From NCBI GenBank assembly GCA_023150835.1, contig JAKLKB010000112.1, positions 1 through 59,005 on the forward strand: a stretch of 59,005 nt of DNA, written 5' to 3'. Of this stretch, positions 1 through 9,634 are shown piece after piece; the stretch's first letter is position 1, and each line of letters starts with the position of its first letter. This DNA is from Myxococcota bacterium. GTDB lineage: Bacteria; Myxococcota_C; UBA6777. The position numbers were made by a program, and so were the translations under genes. The notes under the pieces were generated by a model, which was given only the letters and a program-made list of their open reading frames with translations, was not told the DNA's origin and did no database searches.

Positions 1-164
1 GTTTACAGCGCCACGAGAGGGCCCCGAACTGAGGCGGCATTCGAGGGTCTCTACATGCTCTCTATCGTTTACTAACAACTTGGCTTGCGCCACTTCCTCT
101 GTTGTCGTCTGGTCAACCGGACTTGCCGAAACAAGCCCGCTCCATGTCGGGGCGGGTCGTTGAC
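1..164 (-). ncRNA. HEARO/omega-RNA-like scaffold (IS200/IS605 IscB/IsrB-associated), 5' part; runs off the window edge
   Basis: Minus strand reads GTCAACGACCCGCCCC..GAGCGGGCTTG..CAAGTCCGGTTGACCAGAC...GACCCTCGAATGCCGCCTCAGTTCGGGG...TAAAC. This matches the recalled HEARO/omega-RNA pattern (GTCAAC...GGGCTTG..CAAG..GTTGACCAG; ATGCC(G/T)CCTCAGT loop). GTCAAC pairs with GTTGAC. The associated ORF would lie beyond base 1. Confidence 0.75.
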
Positions 165-503
165 GCTTGTTTGCCTCATGTTTTTCGTGCTGATCTGCCC
201 CGAAGGACGGATACAATAAGCGGTAAGCGAAGTTTTTGTAGATTTGCAAACGAGTGGAGACCGTGGAGGGTCAGGTGGTTTGTGGAGGGCCTTGGTAGAG
301 GGCCATCCATCAAGTTGCGATACGCTCTTAGAGCAAGCAGCCGATGTTGTCAAGCGCGTTTTTTTGTGGTTTGGTCTGGAGTCGGTGGGTCGGGCTTGTG
401 GGTGGGGGCATGGAGGAGAAGGGGGCGTATGCGGGCCTTGTGTGTGGTGTGTGGATGGGGTGTTGTAGAGCGGCAAAGCAAGCGAAGTGCGGAGGAGAGA
501 AAG

Positions 504-1469
504 ATGAGTGCAGAACAGTTGAGAGTGTGCTTTGTGGTGAATCCGCAGAGCGCGTCGGGTCGGACAGGACAGGCGTGGGAACAGGTGTCGGCGGAGTTGC
601 GGGGGAGGGTGGGCGATTTTACGGTGAAGAAGACGGCGAAGGCGGGGGATGGGATGGTTTTGACGCGGGAAGCGTTGGTGGAGGGGCATGATCTGGTGGT
701 CTCGGTGGGAGGGGACGGAACGAACAACGAGGTGGTGAATGGTTTCTTTTCGTCGGAGGGACGGCCTGTTCGAGAGGGGGCGATGTTTTCGTTTTTTGCG
801 AGCGGCTCAGGGAGTGATCTGCAACGGACGTTGCCGACGACGCGGAACGCAAGCGAACTGGCCGAGATGATCTTGCATGGCGGGGTGCGGCATCTGGATG
901 TCGGATCGTTGGAATGGACGGATGCGCGGGGAGAAAAAGGCCAGAGATATTTTCTGAACATTGCATCGTTTGGGATGAGTGGGTTGGTGGCGCGGCTGAC
1001 CAACCGTTCGCGGCTCAAGCGATGGAGTGCGAAGTTGGCCTTTCAATGGGCGTCGATTCGGGGATTTTTTGGATTTCCCAACGTGCCGCTTCGGATATAT
1101 CGAGACGAGCAGCCTGTGTACGAAGTGCGTTCTCGGCTCGGAGCGATCTGCAACGGTCGGTGCTTTGGGAGCGGGATGCGGATGGCTCCACAAGCAGAGA
1201 TGGATGATGGTTTGTTGGATCTGATCTTGTTTGAGGGTTTTACGTTGCCGTATCTGCTGACCAAGTTTGGTACGATCTACAAGGGGACGCATATTGATTT
1301 GAAGGGTGTGACGACGCATAGGGTTCGGCGTTTGCGGGTGGAATCGGATTTTGCTGACGTGTTGATGGAGATCGATGGTGAGGAATTGGGCCGACTTCCG
1401 TTGGTGTGCGAAGTGATGGCGGGGGCATTGCCGTTTCGCCACCTTCTGCAAGGCGTGATCAAGCCGTAG
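504..1469 (+). CDS. Diacylglycerol kinase-family lipid kinase (YegS/DAGK-like)
   Basis: VNPQSASG, GGDGTNNEVVNG, GSGSDL, NGRCFGSGM..AP..DDGLLD and EIDGE motifs; ATG at 504 preceded by GGAGGAG. Confidence 0.93.
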   Translation: MSAEQLRVCFVVNPQSASGRTGQAWEQVSAELRGRVGDFTVKKTAKAGDGMVLTREALVEGHDLVVSVGGDGTNNEVVNGFFSSEGRPVREGAMFSFFASGSGSDLQRTLPTTRNASELAEMILHGGVRHLDVGSLEWTDARGEKGQRYFLNIASFGMSGLVARLTNRSRLKRWSAKLAFQWASIRGFFGFPNVPLRIYRDEQPVYEVRSRLGAICNGRCFGSGMRMAPQAEMDDGLLDLILFEGFTLPYLLTKFGTIYKGTHIDLKGVTTHRVRRLRVESDFADVLMEIDGEELGRLPLVCEVMAGALPFRHLLQGVIKP

Positions 1470-1555
1470 TGTGGGCCAAGATCGGTGCGGGGGAAGATGT
1501 CGGATGTTTGGGGTGGGAAGGTTTTGGGGAAGGTGGGTGAGCGGTGTTGGGGGGG

Positions 1556-1768
1556 CTACTCTTCTTTGTGGTTGTCGCGAGGTTCTTCTTGTGCGGCTTC
1601 TTCTTGTTGGATGACGATCTGTGCGAAGAGTTCTTCGCGAAACACCGCGACAGAAGAAGGGGCGGTGATGCCCAGTCGGACCGTTTTTCCTGAGATGCTT
1701 TTGACAACGACGACGATGTCATCGCCGATACGGATGCTTTCGCCGGGTTTCCGTGTGAGGATGAGCAT
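1556..1768 (-). CDS. csrA: Carbon storage regulator CsrA/RsmA
   Basis: [18 protein letters not shown]...[14 protein letters not shown] is the canonical CsrA sequence. Confidence 0.96.
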   Translation of the reverse strand: MLILTRKPGESIRIGDDIVVVVKSISGKTVRLGITAPSSVAVFREELFAQIVIQQEEAAQEEPRDNHKEE

Positions 1769-2122
1769 AATTTTTCCCGCCTCTTGCGTACGCTCCTGTG
1801 AGGGGAGGACGCTTTTCTGCTGTCTTCGGGGGCTTGCGATGCTTTCTGTTTGTTGGTGAAAGCTCGCCGTGGAGATGTCGGCATAGTTTCTTCGTACACG
1901 AGTTCAGAAGGAAAGGGAAGAAACCAACAAGCGTCCGAGAATTGAAAAGATAGCACAGTCTTCTTGGGATCTCCAAACCGAAAAATACAAAGTCGTTTGT
2001 TTTCGGTATCTCAGGCGGATCGGTGAGGAGGAGGCCAAGCGGGGGTGTGTTGTATGTGGCTTCGATTTCGATGTAAAGGAGGGCGTAAGGGAGAAGTTGT
2101 GTTGAAGATGGGAGAAAGGTTG

Positions 2123-2617
2123 ATGCGAAGGTGGTGTTGGTGTGTTGGGGTCTATGTTTCATTGTGTGGGGTTGTTGAAGCCGCGCCGCCTGTTGCGCAA
2201 GAGAGGCAAGCTGCATCAGCGGTTGTTGTGCAGGACGTGATGGGGATGTTTTGGTTTCGCCGTCAAGCGGTGTCTGCGAAGCCATCGGCAGTTCCGAAGG
2301 CGATCCGCTCTCGGTTGATGTTGCCCTTTGTGGATCCTGCGATTCCCAAGGATGGTGGGCGCGATACGAAGCCAGCAACGACACAACCACCGAAGTCAAA
2401 AGGCTCATCGGTCCGAAGTTTTGCGGTGAGTCGTCCTGTGGCGGATCGTCGTGCGGTGGGTCGTGCTGCGGTGGGTCGTGCTGCGGCGGGTCGTGCTGCG
2501 GTGGGTCGTGCTGCGGTGGGTCGTCCTGTGGGGCCTTCAACGCGCCCTTTGCGCAGTCAAGGAGCGCGAGTGAAAGAGTCCTATCCTGCGAGTAAACCAA
2601 AGCCATCTGCGCGGTGA
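2123..2617 (+). CDS. Hypothetical secreted low-complexity protein (start uncertain)
   Basis: ORF 2045..2617 with a signal-peptide-like segment ending VEA-A; basic tail with GRAAV repeats; lies directly upstream of the next gene. Confidence 0.5.
   Translation: MRRWCWCVGVYVSLCGVVEAAPPVAQERQAASAVVVQDVMGMFWFRRQAVSAKPSAVPKAIRSRLMLPFVDPAIPKDGGRDTKPATTQPPKSKGSSVRSFAVSRPVADRRAVGRAAVGRAAAGRAAVGRAAVGRPVGPSTRPLRSQGARVKESYPASKPKPSAR
2443..2532 (+). repeat. 15-bp tandem repeat (GGGTCGTGCTGCGGT), about 5-6 copies, coding GRAAV
   Basis: Directly visible tandem units. Confidence 0.85.
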
Positions 2618-2629
2618 GGAGACAAGGCG

Positions 2630-4114
2630 TTGCGTCAAGAGAGACAAGGACAAAGTCGGCAAAGTGCGATCTTGGGGGTGTTTTGTGCGTTGTGGTTTCC
2701 TGCATCGGTGGGGAGTTGGTTGCAGCTTTGGTGGCCGGAGTATCGGTTGGTGATGTGGGCTGTGGTGAGCGCGGCTTTGGGGTTGTGGGTGGGAGGGCGA
2801 TGGCTTCGGATGGACGGGAGGAGAGGGGTCTATGGTGGTTTGTGGAGTGTGGTGGCGTGGGTGGCGTTGGGTCCTGTGTTTTTGTGGTTTCCGATGCTGC
2901 GGCCATTTGCGGGGTGGATCTTGTTGTTGGGGGCGTTTGTGGGAGGGGTGAGTTGGGGCGGAGCGTGGGGGATTTTGGCGGATGCGTTGTGGGAGATCTG
3001 GTCGGGGACGTTGGATCTGGGTGAAGTACCGATCTTTTTGGGGACGTTAATTCTTTTGGGTGTGTTGTTGGCGCTGCCGTTCTTTGTACGTCCGTATTTA
3101 GGGCGTTTGGGGCTGCATGTGTTGGTGGGTTTGTCGTGGGGGTGGTTTGTGTTGTGGGGGGTACAAGAGGCGGGAGGTGTGTCTCGTTGGGTGTGGGGAG
3201 GGTGGTCGTTGGGAGGGTTGGGTTTGTGTGTGGGGTGGGTGGTGTGGCTGCCTGCGTCGCTGCCGAATCACGAGGTAGTGTATTCGGCCTTGGTGGGCGG
3301 GGAGCGTGTGACGTTGAACGCCCGAAGAGGCGAAGGGATGCAGGTCTTCGCGTTGGTGTCGGATCGTTCGACGCTGTACCAAAGCATCCAAGCGTATCGC
3401 ACAGCGGAGATGATCGTGCATCCTGCGATGGCAAGGAGCAAAGTAAAGCGGCACAAGATCTTGTTGCTAGGTGGCGAAGATGGGACGATCTTGCGTGAGA
3501 TCGCAAGATATCCTGAGGGGGCGGAGGTGGTGTGGATCCCGTTGTTTTCGATCTGGGCCGATTTTTTTGAGAAGGCACCGCATTTTTCGGAGATCCACGA
3601 GCAAGCGAGGAAGCGTCTACAGATCAAAAAACTTGGTTTGTCGGCATTTTTTCAGCCTTGGGAGTGGTCGGCGCTGTTGGAGAAGCTCAGGGCGCAAGGA
3701 TCGTTCTCGCTGATCTTCGCGGACCTGCCGCCGCCTATAGAAGCGCTACAGATGTTGCACACGGCGCGCACCAAAAAAGCCTTGCTTGGGATGCTTTCTT
3801 TGGAGGGTGTGCTGGTGGAGTCGTCCGCTTCGCCTTACCGCCAACGACCGTTGTTTTGGTGTCTTGCGGCCAAGTGGGCGGAGGCGGGAGCGTATGTGGT
3901 TCCGTTTCATTTGTCGCCGTCGTTGCTTGGGGATCACGGTTTTGTCTGGGTGCTACGGAAGCCGTTTGAAGCTTCGACAGAGCCACTCAAGATCACGGTC
4001 CCTACGCGCTATTTGACGTCTGATCTTCCGTTTCATACGTTTATGCGATTTGCGCGAGATGTGAGTCCCGACGGTCGCGAGATGGTCGGAGCCTGTATCC
4101 TGCCAAGCCTGTGA
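2630..4114 (+). CDS. Membrane-anchored spermidine synthase-like (polyamine aminopropyltransferase-like) protein, degenerate motifs
   Basis: N-terminal multi-TM region, then YQ.I, EMIVHPAM, LLLGGEDG..LREI, IFADLPPP, SASPY and GDHGF motifs typical of long SpeE-like proteins. Confidence 0.75.
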   Translation: MRQERQGQSRQSAILGVFCALWFPASVGSWLQLWWPEYRLVMWAVVSAALGLWVGGRWLRMDGRRGVYGGLWSVVAWVALGPVFLWFPMLRPFAGWILLLGAFVGGVSWGGAWGILADALWEIWSGTLDLGEVPIFLGTLILLGVLLALPFFVRPYLGRLGLHVLVGLSWGWFVLWGVQEAGGVSRWVWGGWSLGGLGLCVGWVVWLPASLPNHEVVYSALVGGERVTLNARRGEGMQVFALVSDRSTLYQSIQAYRTAEMIVHPAMARSKVKRHKILLLGGEDGTILREIARYPEGAEVVWIPLFSIWADFFEKAPHFSEIHEQARKRLQIKKLGLSAFFQPWEWSALLEKLRAQGSFSLIFADLPPPIEALQMLHTARTKKALLGMLSLEGVLVESSASPYRQRPLFWCLAAKWAEAGAYVVPFHLSPSLLGDHGFVWVLRKPFEASTEPLKITVPTRYLTSDLPFHTFMRFARDVSPDGREMVGACILPSL

Positions 4115-4192
4115 GGGAGAGGTGAATTGCCATCGGTGGTTGTGGGGGTGAATTGCCATTGGGGTTTGCGAGGGAGAGGTGACTTGCCATCG
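4113..4192 (+). repeat. Three imperfect direct copies of (GAGGGAGA)GGTGAATTGCCAT beginning at the upstream stop codon
   Basis: Copies at about 4113, 4145 and 4170. Confidence 0.75.
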
Positions 4193-4309
4193 TGGGATGG
4201 GCGGATTATGTTGCGAAGCGATTTTGAGAGAGTTTTTTCATCTTTGCTTTTTCGAGTGTGAGGCGATCTCTGCAAAAAAGCAAAGCACAATCCAAAAGGA
4301 GCGCAACAG

Positions 4310-5047
4310 ATGGTAAGACGTCATCGACGTGTCGAAGTGTACGAACAAGGCGAAGCACCGAGCTATACACGCGGTTTTCGTATGGAGATGCGCGTAAGCG
4401 AAGCGGGCCGCCAGCTTTTGATGAAGACCTATATGTGGATGTTTGCGGCGCTGAGCGTGACGGGTGTCGTCGCAATGTATGTGTTGAGTTCGCGTGATAT
4501 CTGGATGTATCTGCGCATGAATCCCGGTGTGCTGTTCGGCTTGTTGATCGGTGAGTTGATCTTGGTCGGTATCATCGCAGGGATGGTGCATCGGATGAGT
4601 GTTCCTGTGGCTGCGGGTACGTTCTTTTTTTACGCAGCCTTGAACGGGATTACGCTCGCTCCGTTGTTTTTGATGTACACCAGTACCTCGATCGCAAACA
4701 CTTTCTTTATCACGGCGGGGATGTTTGCAGTCACGACGTTGTATGGATACACAACCAAGCGCGATCTCACAGGCATCGGACACTTTGCGATGATGGGCTT
4801 GATCGGGATCATTATCGCGTCCATCGTCAACATCTTCACGGGTAGTTCGATGTTGCATTGGCTGATCTCGGTGATCGGGGTGGTCGTCTTTACGCTGTTG
4901 ACGGCTTACGATACGCAGATGATCGTCCAGATGGGTGAAGAAGGCGACAACAGCAGCCAGACCGCGATCTACGGTGCGCTGGAGCTTTACCTCGATTTCA
5001 TCAACCTGTTTATTCTGTTGTTGCGCCTCTTTGGTAGTCGCGAATAA
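4310..5047 (+). CDS. Bax inhibitor-1/YccA family membrane protein (start may be ~4382)
   Basis: KTYMWM, YGYTTKRDL, LTAYDTQ and GALELYLDFINLF motifs; about 7 TM segments. Confidence 0.95.
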   Translation: MVRRHRRVEVYEQGEAPSYTRGFRMEMRVSEAGRQLLMKTYMWMFAALSVTGVVAMYVLSSRDIWMYLRMNPGVLFGLLIGELILVGIIAGMVHRMSVPVAAGTFFFYAALNGITLAPLFLMYTSTSIANTFFITAGMFAVTTLYGYTTKRDLTGIGHFAMMGLIGIIIASIVNIFTGSSMLHWLISVIGVVVFTLLTAYDTQMIVQMGEEGDNSSQTAIYGALELYLDFINLFILLLRLFGSRE

Positions 5048-5188
5048 TACGATACCCAAGAGATGGGTGCGCGAAGTATGGCGTCGGTGGTGTGCGTGGT
5101 ATGGCGCTTGAGCAACGCATCGTGTTTGTGTATTCTTGCTCGACTTTCTGCAACGAAGACCGTGGCACACTACAGGAGGACGTCACTT

Positions 5189-7399
5189 ATGTTCGCTCTG
5201 CCACCAGAATGCCAATCCTTACCCGCAGAGATCCAAGCTGCGTTGGTCGATTTTTTTTCGCGGCGTTTGCCTGTGATCCGTTGGATGAGCGGTGCGGGAG
5301 ATCGCCGTCGTGCCGCGATCGCGCTCAAGACGTACTTAAAGCGCCTTCAATACTTCGGTGTATACGAGACCGACGAGATCCAATGGGTGGATGATCTCGA
5401 AGCGGCGCGGGTCGCTCATCAAGCCAGCGCACGCAGTGCGTCGCTTGATGAAAGTCGCGACCTTGCGCTGAAAAGCATCCAAAGCTCCGCTGAAGGATGT
5501 GGCCGTTTGGCAGCTTTGCATGCTGTTCGTGCATGGGTTCGACAGTTGGTTTCTCAGCAGCAGCCGTCTTTTTTCTCGCCCCAAGACTGCGCCAACGCTG
5601 CGGATGATGTGTCGTTGATGGTGGCTTGGATGATCGTGGGCGATCAACAGCTTGAACCCAACCCGTTTGATCCGTTGTTGCAGCTTTGGGAAGAGGGATT
5701 TTGGCCGATCGGTCCGCTCGCAGGGAAGTTTGTGATCTTTGCACCCAGTGCTTTGGCGCTTCAAAACAAAGGTGCGCAGATGTATTCGGTCAGCGGTGCG
5801 TACGGTGCAGCGGGACAATTTGCACCGCAACCCTCGGGGACGCAGATCACTCCTTCGGGCGATGGGTGGACGATCTCCATGAGTTGGTCGAGCGATCAAA
5901 TGGAGTCCCCCCAAGCGGCGGCTCCATCCTACGGTGGGGCTGCAAACTACCCCCCCGCAGGTATGTCGCCGTCAGGTATGTATGGGTCTTCTGCTCCATC
6001 GCCCTATCCACCGCCCCATGACGAAGCGATGGTGACTCAGGCACAACGGGGCTTTCAATCGCCCCCACCGAGCGGGGCTTATGCTCAACCGCAAGGATAT
6101 CCACCGCCCTCTCACAGCGGGGGTATGCCGATGCAGCCTGTCTATCCTACGGGGCCTGCGTTTCCTCCGCCCTCCGCGCATGATCCCGATCCCTTTTCCG
6201 AAGCCGAAGTTGCGGCTCCGCCATCGTCAGGTCGTGGGATGATGTTTGGAATCCTCGGACTGTTGGTTGTTTTGGGGGGGGCTGGATGGTTCTTTTTGAT
6301 CTATGAATCCACCGAGCAGATCTATCAAAAAGCCGTCAAAGAGTTGCGAGCGAAGAACTACGCCAAGGCACAGATGCTGCTGGAGCGGATCATCAAAGAA
6401 GACAAAGACTTTACAAAAGCCTACCGATCTTTGGCTGATGCGCTTTTCGGCATGGACAAGCCGCAAGTCGCCATCGACGCTTACAAACAAGCGATCGCTC
6501 GCAACGCAGGGGATGCCCTCGCGCAACGCAACCTCGGCTATCTCTTGAAGCAACAGCAAAACTTTCAAGATGCCGAGTTGGCCTTACAACAAGCAGCACA
6601 AAAGCTCTCCAACGATCCGTTGGTTTGGTTGTATCTCGGTGATGTTCAGGCCGCATTGAAGCGCCATACTGCCGCAGAGCAAAGTTATAAGCGCGCACTG
6701 ACCAACAAGGCCGATCTTGCTGCGGCTTGGAACAACCTTGGAACGGTGTATCTGCGCCAAGCAGAGACTTTGCTGGCGACAGCCGCCGCCCTCAACCCCG
6801 ATATCTTGAAGCCGCCCGCAGACAAAGAAGCCCCCGCTCTTCCACCGCAGATATTGAATCTTGTTCAACAAGCGGAAACAGCTTTCCAAAAGGCCGTTCA
6901 GTCGGGCGTAAAGGCGCTTTATCATCGGAATCTCGGAAATGCTTTGGCGATGCAAGGAAAAGAAGACCTTGCGATCCAAGCCTACCTTTCGGCTCAACAG
7001 AGCGATGCCAACCAAGTCGAATCGACGGTGAGCCTCGCAGCGTTGATGATCCGACAATATCGGTATGCCGAAGCGTTGCCCTACCTTCAACGCGCCATCC
7101 CCACCCTGACACAAAAAGCGCGTGAAGCTACCAAAGATCCAAGCGTCAAACAAGAGCTTGCCGCCGCTTTGTATAACCTTGGTTTGGCGCACGAAGGCGT
7201 CGGAAATCGCGAAGAAGCCGCCAAAGCCTACCAAAGCTACACCCAAGAAGATCCCCAAGATGCCGATGGCTTCTGCCGTTTGGGGCAAGTCCTCAAAGTC
7301 TTACGGCAAAAACCACAAGCCAAACAAGCCTACGAAACTTGCCTGCGTCTCAATCCTTCCGATCAAGATGCCCAACGCACCCTCCGCTCTCTTCGTTGA
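5189..7399 (+). CDS. Membrane-anchored TPR protein (unknown N-terminal domain, Pro-rich linker, single TM, C-terminal TPRs)
   Basis: ATG 5189 after AGGAGGA; TM GMMFGILGLLVVLGGAGWFFL; repeated TPR motifs (AWNNLG, HRNLGNAL, LYNLGLA). Confidence 0.88.
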   Translation: MFALPPECQSLPAEIQAALVDFFSRRLPVIRWMSGAGDRRRAAIALKTYLKRLQYFGVYETDEIQWVDDLEAARVAHQASARSASLDESRDLALKSIQSSAEGCGRLAALHAVRAWVRQLVSQQQPSFFSPQDCANAADDVSLMVAWMIVGDQQLEPNPFDPLLQLWEEGFWPIGPLAGKFVIFAPSALALQNKGAQMYSVSGAYGAAGQFAPQPSGTQITPSGDGWTISMSWSSDQMESPQAAAPSYGGAANYPPAGMSPSGMYGSSAPSPYPPPHDEAMVTQAQRGFQSPPPSGAYAQPQGYPPPSHSGGMPMQPVYPTGPAFPPPSAHDPDPFSEAEVAAPPSSGRGMMFGILGLLVVLGGAGWFFLIYESTEQIYQKAVKELRAKNYAKAQMLLERIIKEDKDFTKAYRSLADALFGMDKPQVAIDAYKQAIARNAGDALAQRNLGYLLKQQQNFQDAELALQQAAQKLSNDPLVWLYLGDVQAALKRHTAAEQSYKRALTNKADLAAAWNNLGTVYLRQAETLLATAAALNPDILKPPADKEAPALPPQILNLVQQAETAFQKAVQSGVKALYHRNLGNALAMQGKEDLAIQAYLSAQQSDANQVESTVSLAALMIRQYRYAEALPYLQRAIPTLTQKAREATKDPSVKQELAAALYNLGLAHEGVGNREEAAKAYQSYTQEDPQDADGFCRLGQVLKVLRQKPQAKQAYETCLRLNPSDQDAQRTLRSLR

Positions 7400-7545
7400 T
7401 CGAAAAACCCGCCCCCTACGCGAACGCTTAGGAGGGTACATCTCGTTTCACCCTCACCCCGTCGCTACGCGACTCCCCTGCGACGTTCGCAAAACCTCGC
7501 TTCAAGGTGAGTTCCGCCCCTTTCCGTTTTTTGTGCCTACGTAAT

Positions 7546-7712
7546 ACGATCTCTGAGAGATGTGTGATCGAAGGGTAGTGCGTAGGCGCCCTATTGTTGG
7601 GCAGCCACGGGGGGCTGCCCCTACGTTTTATGATCACGCGATGGGCGGATTTCGTTTAAGCTCTGTGGAGCATTGTGCGTGGATTTATGATCACACGGTG
7701 GGCGGATTTCGC
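7546..7712 (-). repeat. Family A MITE/REP copy (GTAGGGGCAG..CTGCCC hairpin) plus a partial duplicate, between convergent genes
   Basis: GGGCAGCCACGGGGGGCTGCCCCTAC...TGATCACG..GGGCGGATTTCG matches the copies at 45272 and 54285. Confidence 0.85.
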
Positions 7713-7729
7713 AGGACTCGGTATGTGGA

Positions 7730-8824
7730 TCAATCGGGTGCGGGGCCACGGGGGCAATCTTCGCCGGGCTTGATGATGGCGAATTCGACGCGTCGGTTGG
7801 TGGCGCGTCCGCGTTTGGTGCGGTTGGTGTCGATGGGATGGACGGGGCCGTAGCCGAGGGGTGTGAGTTGTCCTGCGTCGACTTGTTCTCGGACGAGGAA
7901 GTTGCGGACGGAGCGGGCGCGTCGTTTGGAGAGGTCGATGTTGTAGGCGCGTGGGCCACGGCTGTCTGTGTGACCTTCGATACAAACACGGATGCCTTTG
8001 TTGCTGCGGATGGCGTCGGCGACTTCGCGTAGCATGGCGAAGGAGCGTTTTTGGATCTTGTCGCGTGCGGTGGCGAAGAAGACTTTTTGGCGCAGTTCGA
8101 TCTTTTTGTCTTTGATGACGATCAGCTTGTATTTTTTCTTGACGATCTTGATGGCGGGGCAGCCGTTGGGTTCGACGCCCGGGACGGTGGGGCATTTGTC
8201 GCGGAAGTCGGGGATGCCGTCGCCATCGCTGTCGATGGCGGCGTCAGGGCAACCATCGTCGTCTTGGAAGCCGTTTTTGTCTTCAGGTTCAAAGGGGCAT
8301 TTGTCGCGGAAGTCGGGGATACCGTCGCCATCGGTATCGCGTTCGCCATCAGGACAACCGTCGCTGTCTTCGTAGCCTTGGTAATCTTCGGGTTGGGTGG
8401 GACAGAGATCGCGACAATCGGGGATACCGTCGCTGTCGGTATCTTTGGCGCAGGGATCGATCTTGGGGACAGGTCGAGGGCGGGGGCGAGGGCGGGGTTT
8501 GGGTTTGCCGATACATTTCCACATCTCGCCGCGTTTTCGGAAGACTTCGACTTCTTCGCGGGCCAGTTTTGCCCAAACCACAGCGCGTTTCATGTGCCAT
8601 TCGGCGAGGATATGTTGGCCTTGACGGAGTTCGGTTTCTGTGAATTCGGTCTCTGCACGGGCTTTGGCATAAGAATAAGGCGCACACAAACGTGCGCCGT
8701 CTTTGTCCATCGCGTTGACTTGGGTTTGTAGCCAGTCAAGGCGGGTGCGGACTTCGGGGCCGGTGGCGCAGCTCGGCAACAACAAGAGGCACCATGCGCT
8801 CAACAAAACAAGATAACGTCTCAA
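7730..8824 (-). CDS. OmpA-family lipoprotein with DUF4398-like N-terminus and thrombospondin type-3 (DxDxDGIPD) repeats
   Basis: TTG at 8824 after GGAGG; lipobox LPSC; three DxDGDGIPDxxDxCP repeats; IEGHTDSRG..YN..LS..RA and NRRVEF OmpA motifs. Confidence 0.92.
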   Translation of the reverse strand: MRRYLVLLSAWCLLLLPSCATGPEVRTRLDWLQTQVNAMDKDGARLCAPYSYAKARAETEFTETELRQGQHILAEWHMKRAVVWAKLAREEVEVFRKRGEMWKCIGKPKPRPRPRPRPVPKIDPCAKDTDSDGIPDCRDLCPTQPEDYQGYEDSDGCPDGERDTDGDGIPDFRDKCPFEPEDKNGFQDDDGCPDAAIDSDGDGIPDFRDKCPTVPGVEPNGCPAIKIVKKKYKLIVIKDKKIELRQKVFFATARDKIQKRSFAMLREVADAIRSNKGIRVCIEGHTDSRGPRAYNIDLSKRRARSVRNFLVREQVDAGQLTPLGYGPVHPIDTNRTKRGRATNRRVEFAIIKPGEDCPRGPAPD

Positions 8825-8918
8825 CGTAGACCTCCGCGTTGGATTCGTATGAACCGACAGATTCGAGCGTACCGCAGGTTTTGTAGGAAGGGAAACCCGC
8901 AGCAAAGGGATGGCGGTA

Positions 8919-9326
8919 TCATTCGACGATGCGTTTTCGCAAGTAGTTGTTGCCGGGAGCGCTTTTCTCTTTCATGTAGCGCTGTTCCATGATCTTGGCG
9001 CGTTCGCAGACGACAGGAGGCTTTTTCTGTTGGGTTTGACGCATCTCTGCGAGGCGTTGGGCGGCTTTGGCATAGGTGGCGGCTTGTGAGGCGAATTGAG
9101 CAGCAGCCTCAAAGTCGGAGAATCCGGCTTCTTCGACGGCTTTACGCATATAGGTTTGGGCGGCGTAGTATTCAAAGCATGCCCATTCCCATGCTTTGGC
9201 GTTTTTGGCATTTTGCTCGGCTTCGGAGGCTTCCATGATCGAAGAGATGTATTGAACGGGTCCACAACCCAAGTGGAGGCCGATCATTGCAACAAAGAGG
9301 GCGACAAGGAAAAACGAACGAGGCAT
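8919..9326 (-). CDS. DUF4398-like lipoprotein
   Basis: Lipobox HLGC; Ala-rich helical 'EYYAAQTYMRKA.EEA' pattern; typical partner upstream of OmpA genes. Confidence 0.75.
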   Translation of the reverse strand: MPRSFFLVALFVAMIGLHLGCGPVQYISSIMEASEAEQNAKNAKAWEWACFEYYAAQTYMRKAVEEAGFSDFEAAAQFASQAATYAKAAQRLAEMRQTQQKKPPVVCERAKIMEQRYMKEKSAPGNNYLRKRIVE

Positions 9327-9634
9327 GCGATACGTTCCTCTCTTTGGGGTCTAGCGCAAGATCATCGGGCCCTTGGTTGGCGCAGTTCTCGTCGAGACGA
9401 AGCCTCAAAGGGGGAGAGAGCATCTGAGGAAGGGAACCCGCGTAGGCTCGGTGATCTTGCGAGACGGCACAAAAATCCTCTTGTGTGCGTAGCAGAAGCA
9501 GGCTCCTCTTGTCAAGTTCAATGGCTTTCGCGTAGATTCGCATCGGCGCGGAACCTGTGGTGTTTTCGTGCAAAGCATGGTGTTAAAGAGAAGTCCGAAA
9601 AGGAAGAGCTTGGACGAAAGAAGATGAGGCATGG

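Noticed and set aside
72-179. Short minus-strand peptide (MRQTSVNDPP...)
   Set aside because: It coincides with the omega-RNA-like scaffold, so it is better explained as structured RNA
1719-3578. 619-aa minus-strand ORF
   Set aside because: Pro/Thr-rich shadow of the G/T-rich plus-strand genes; no recognisable domain
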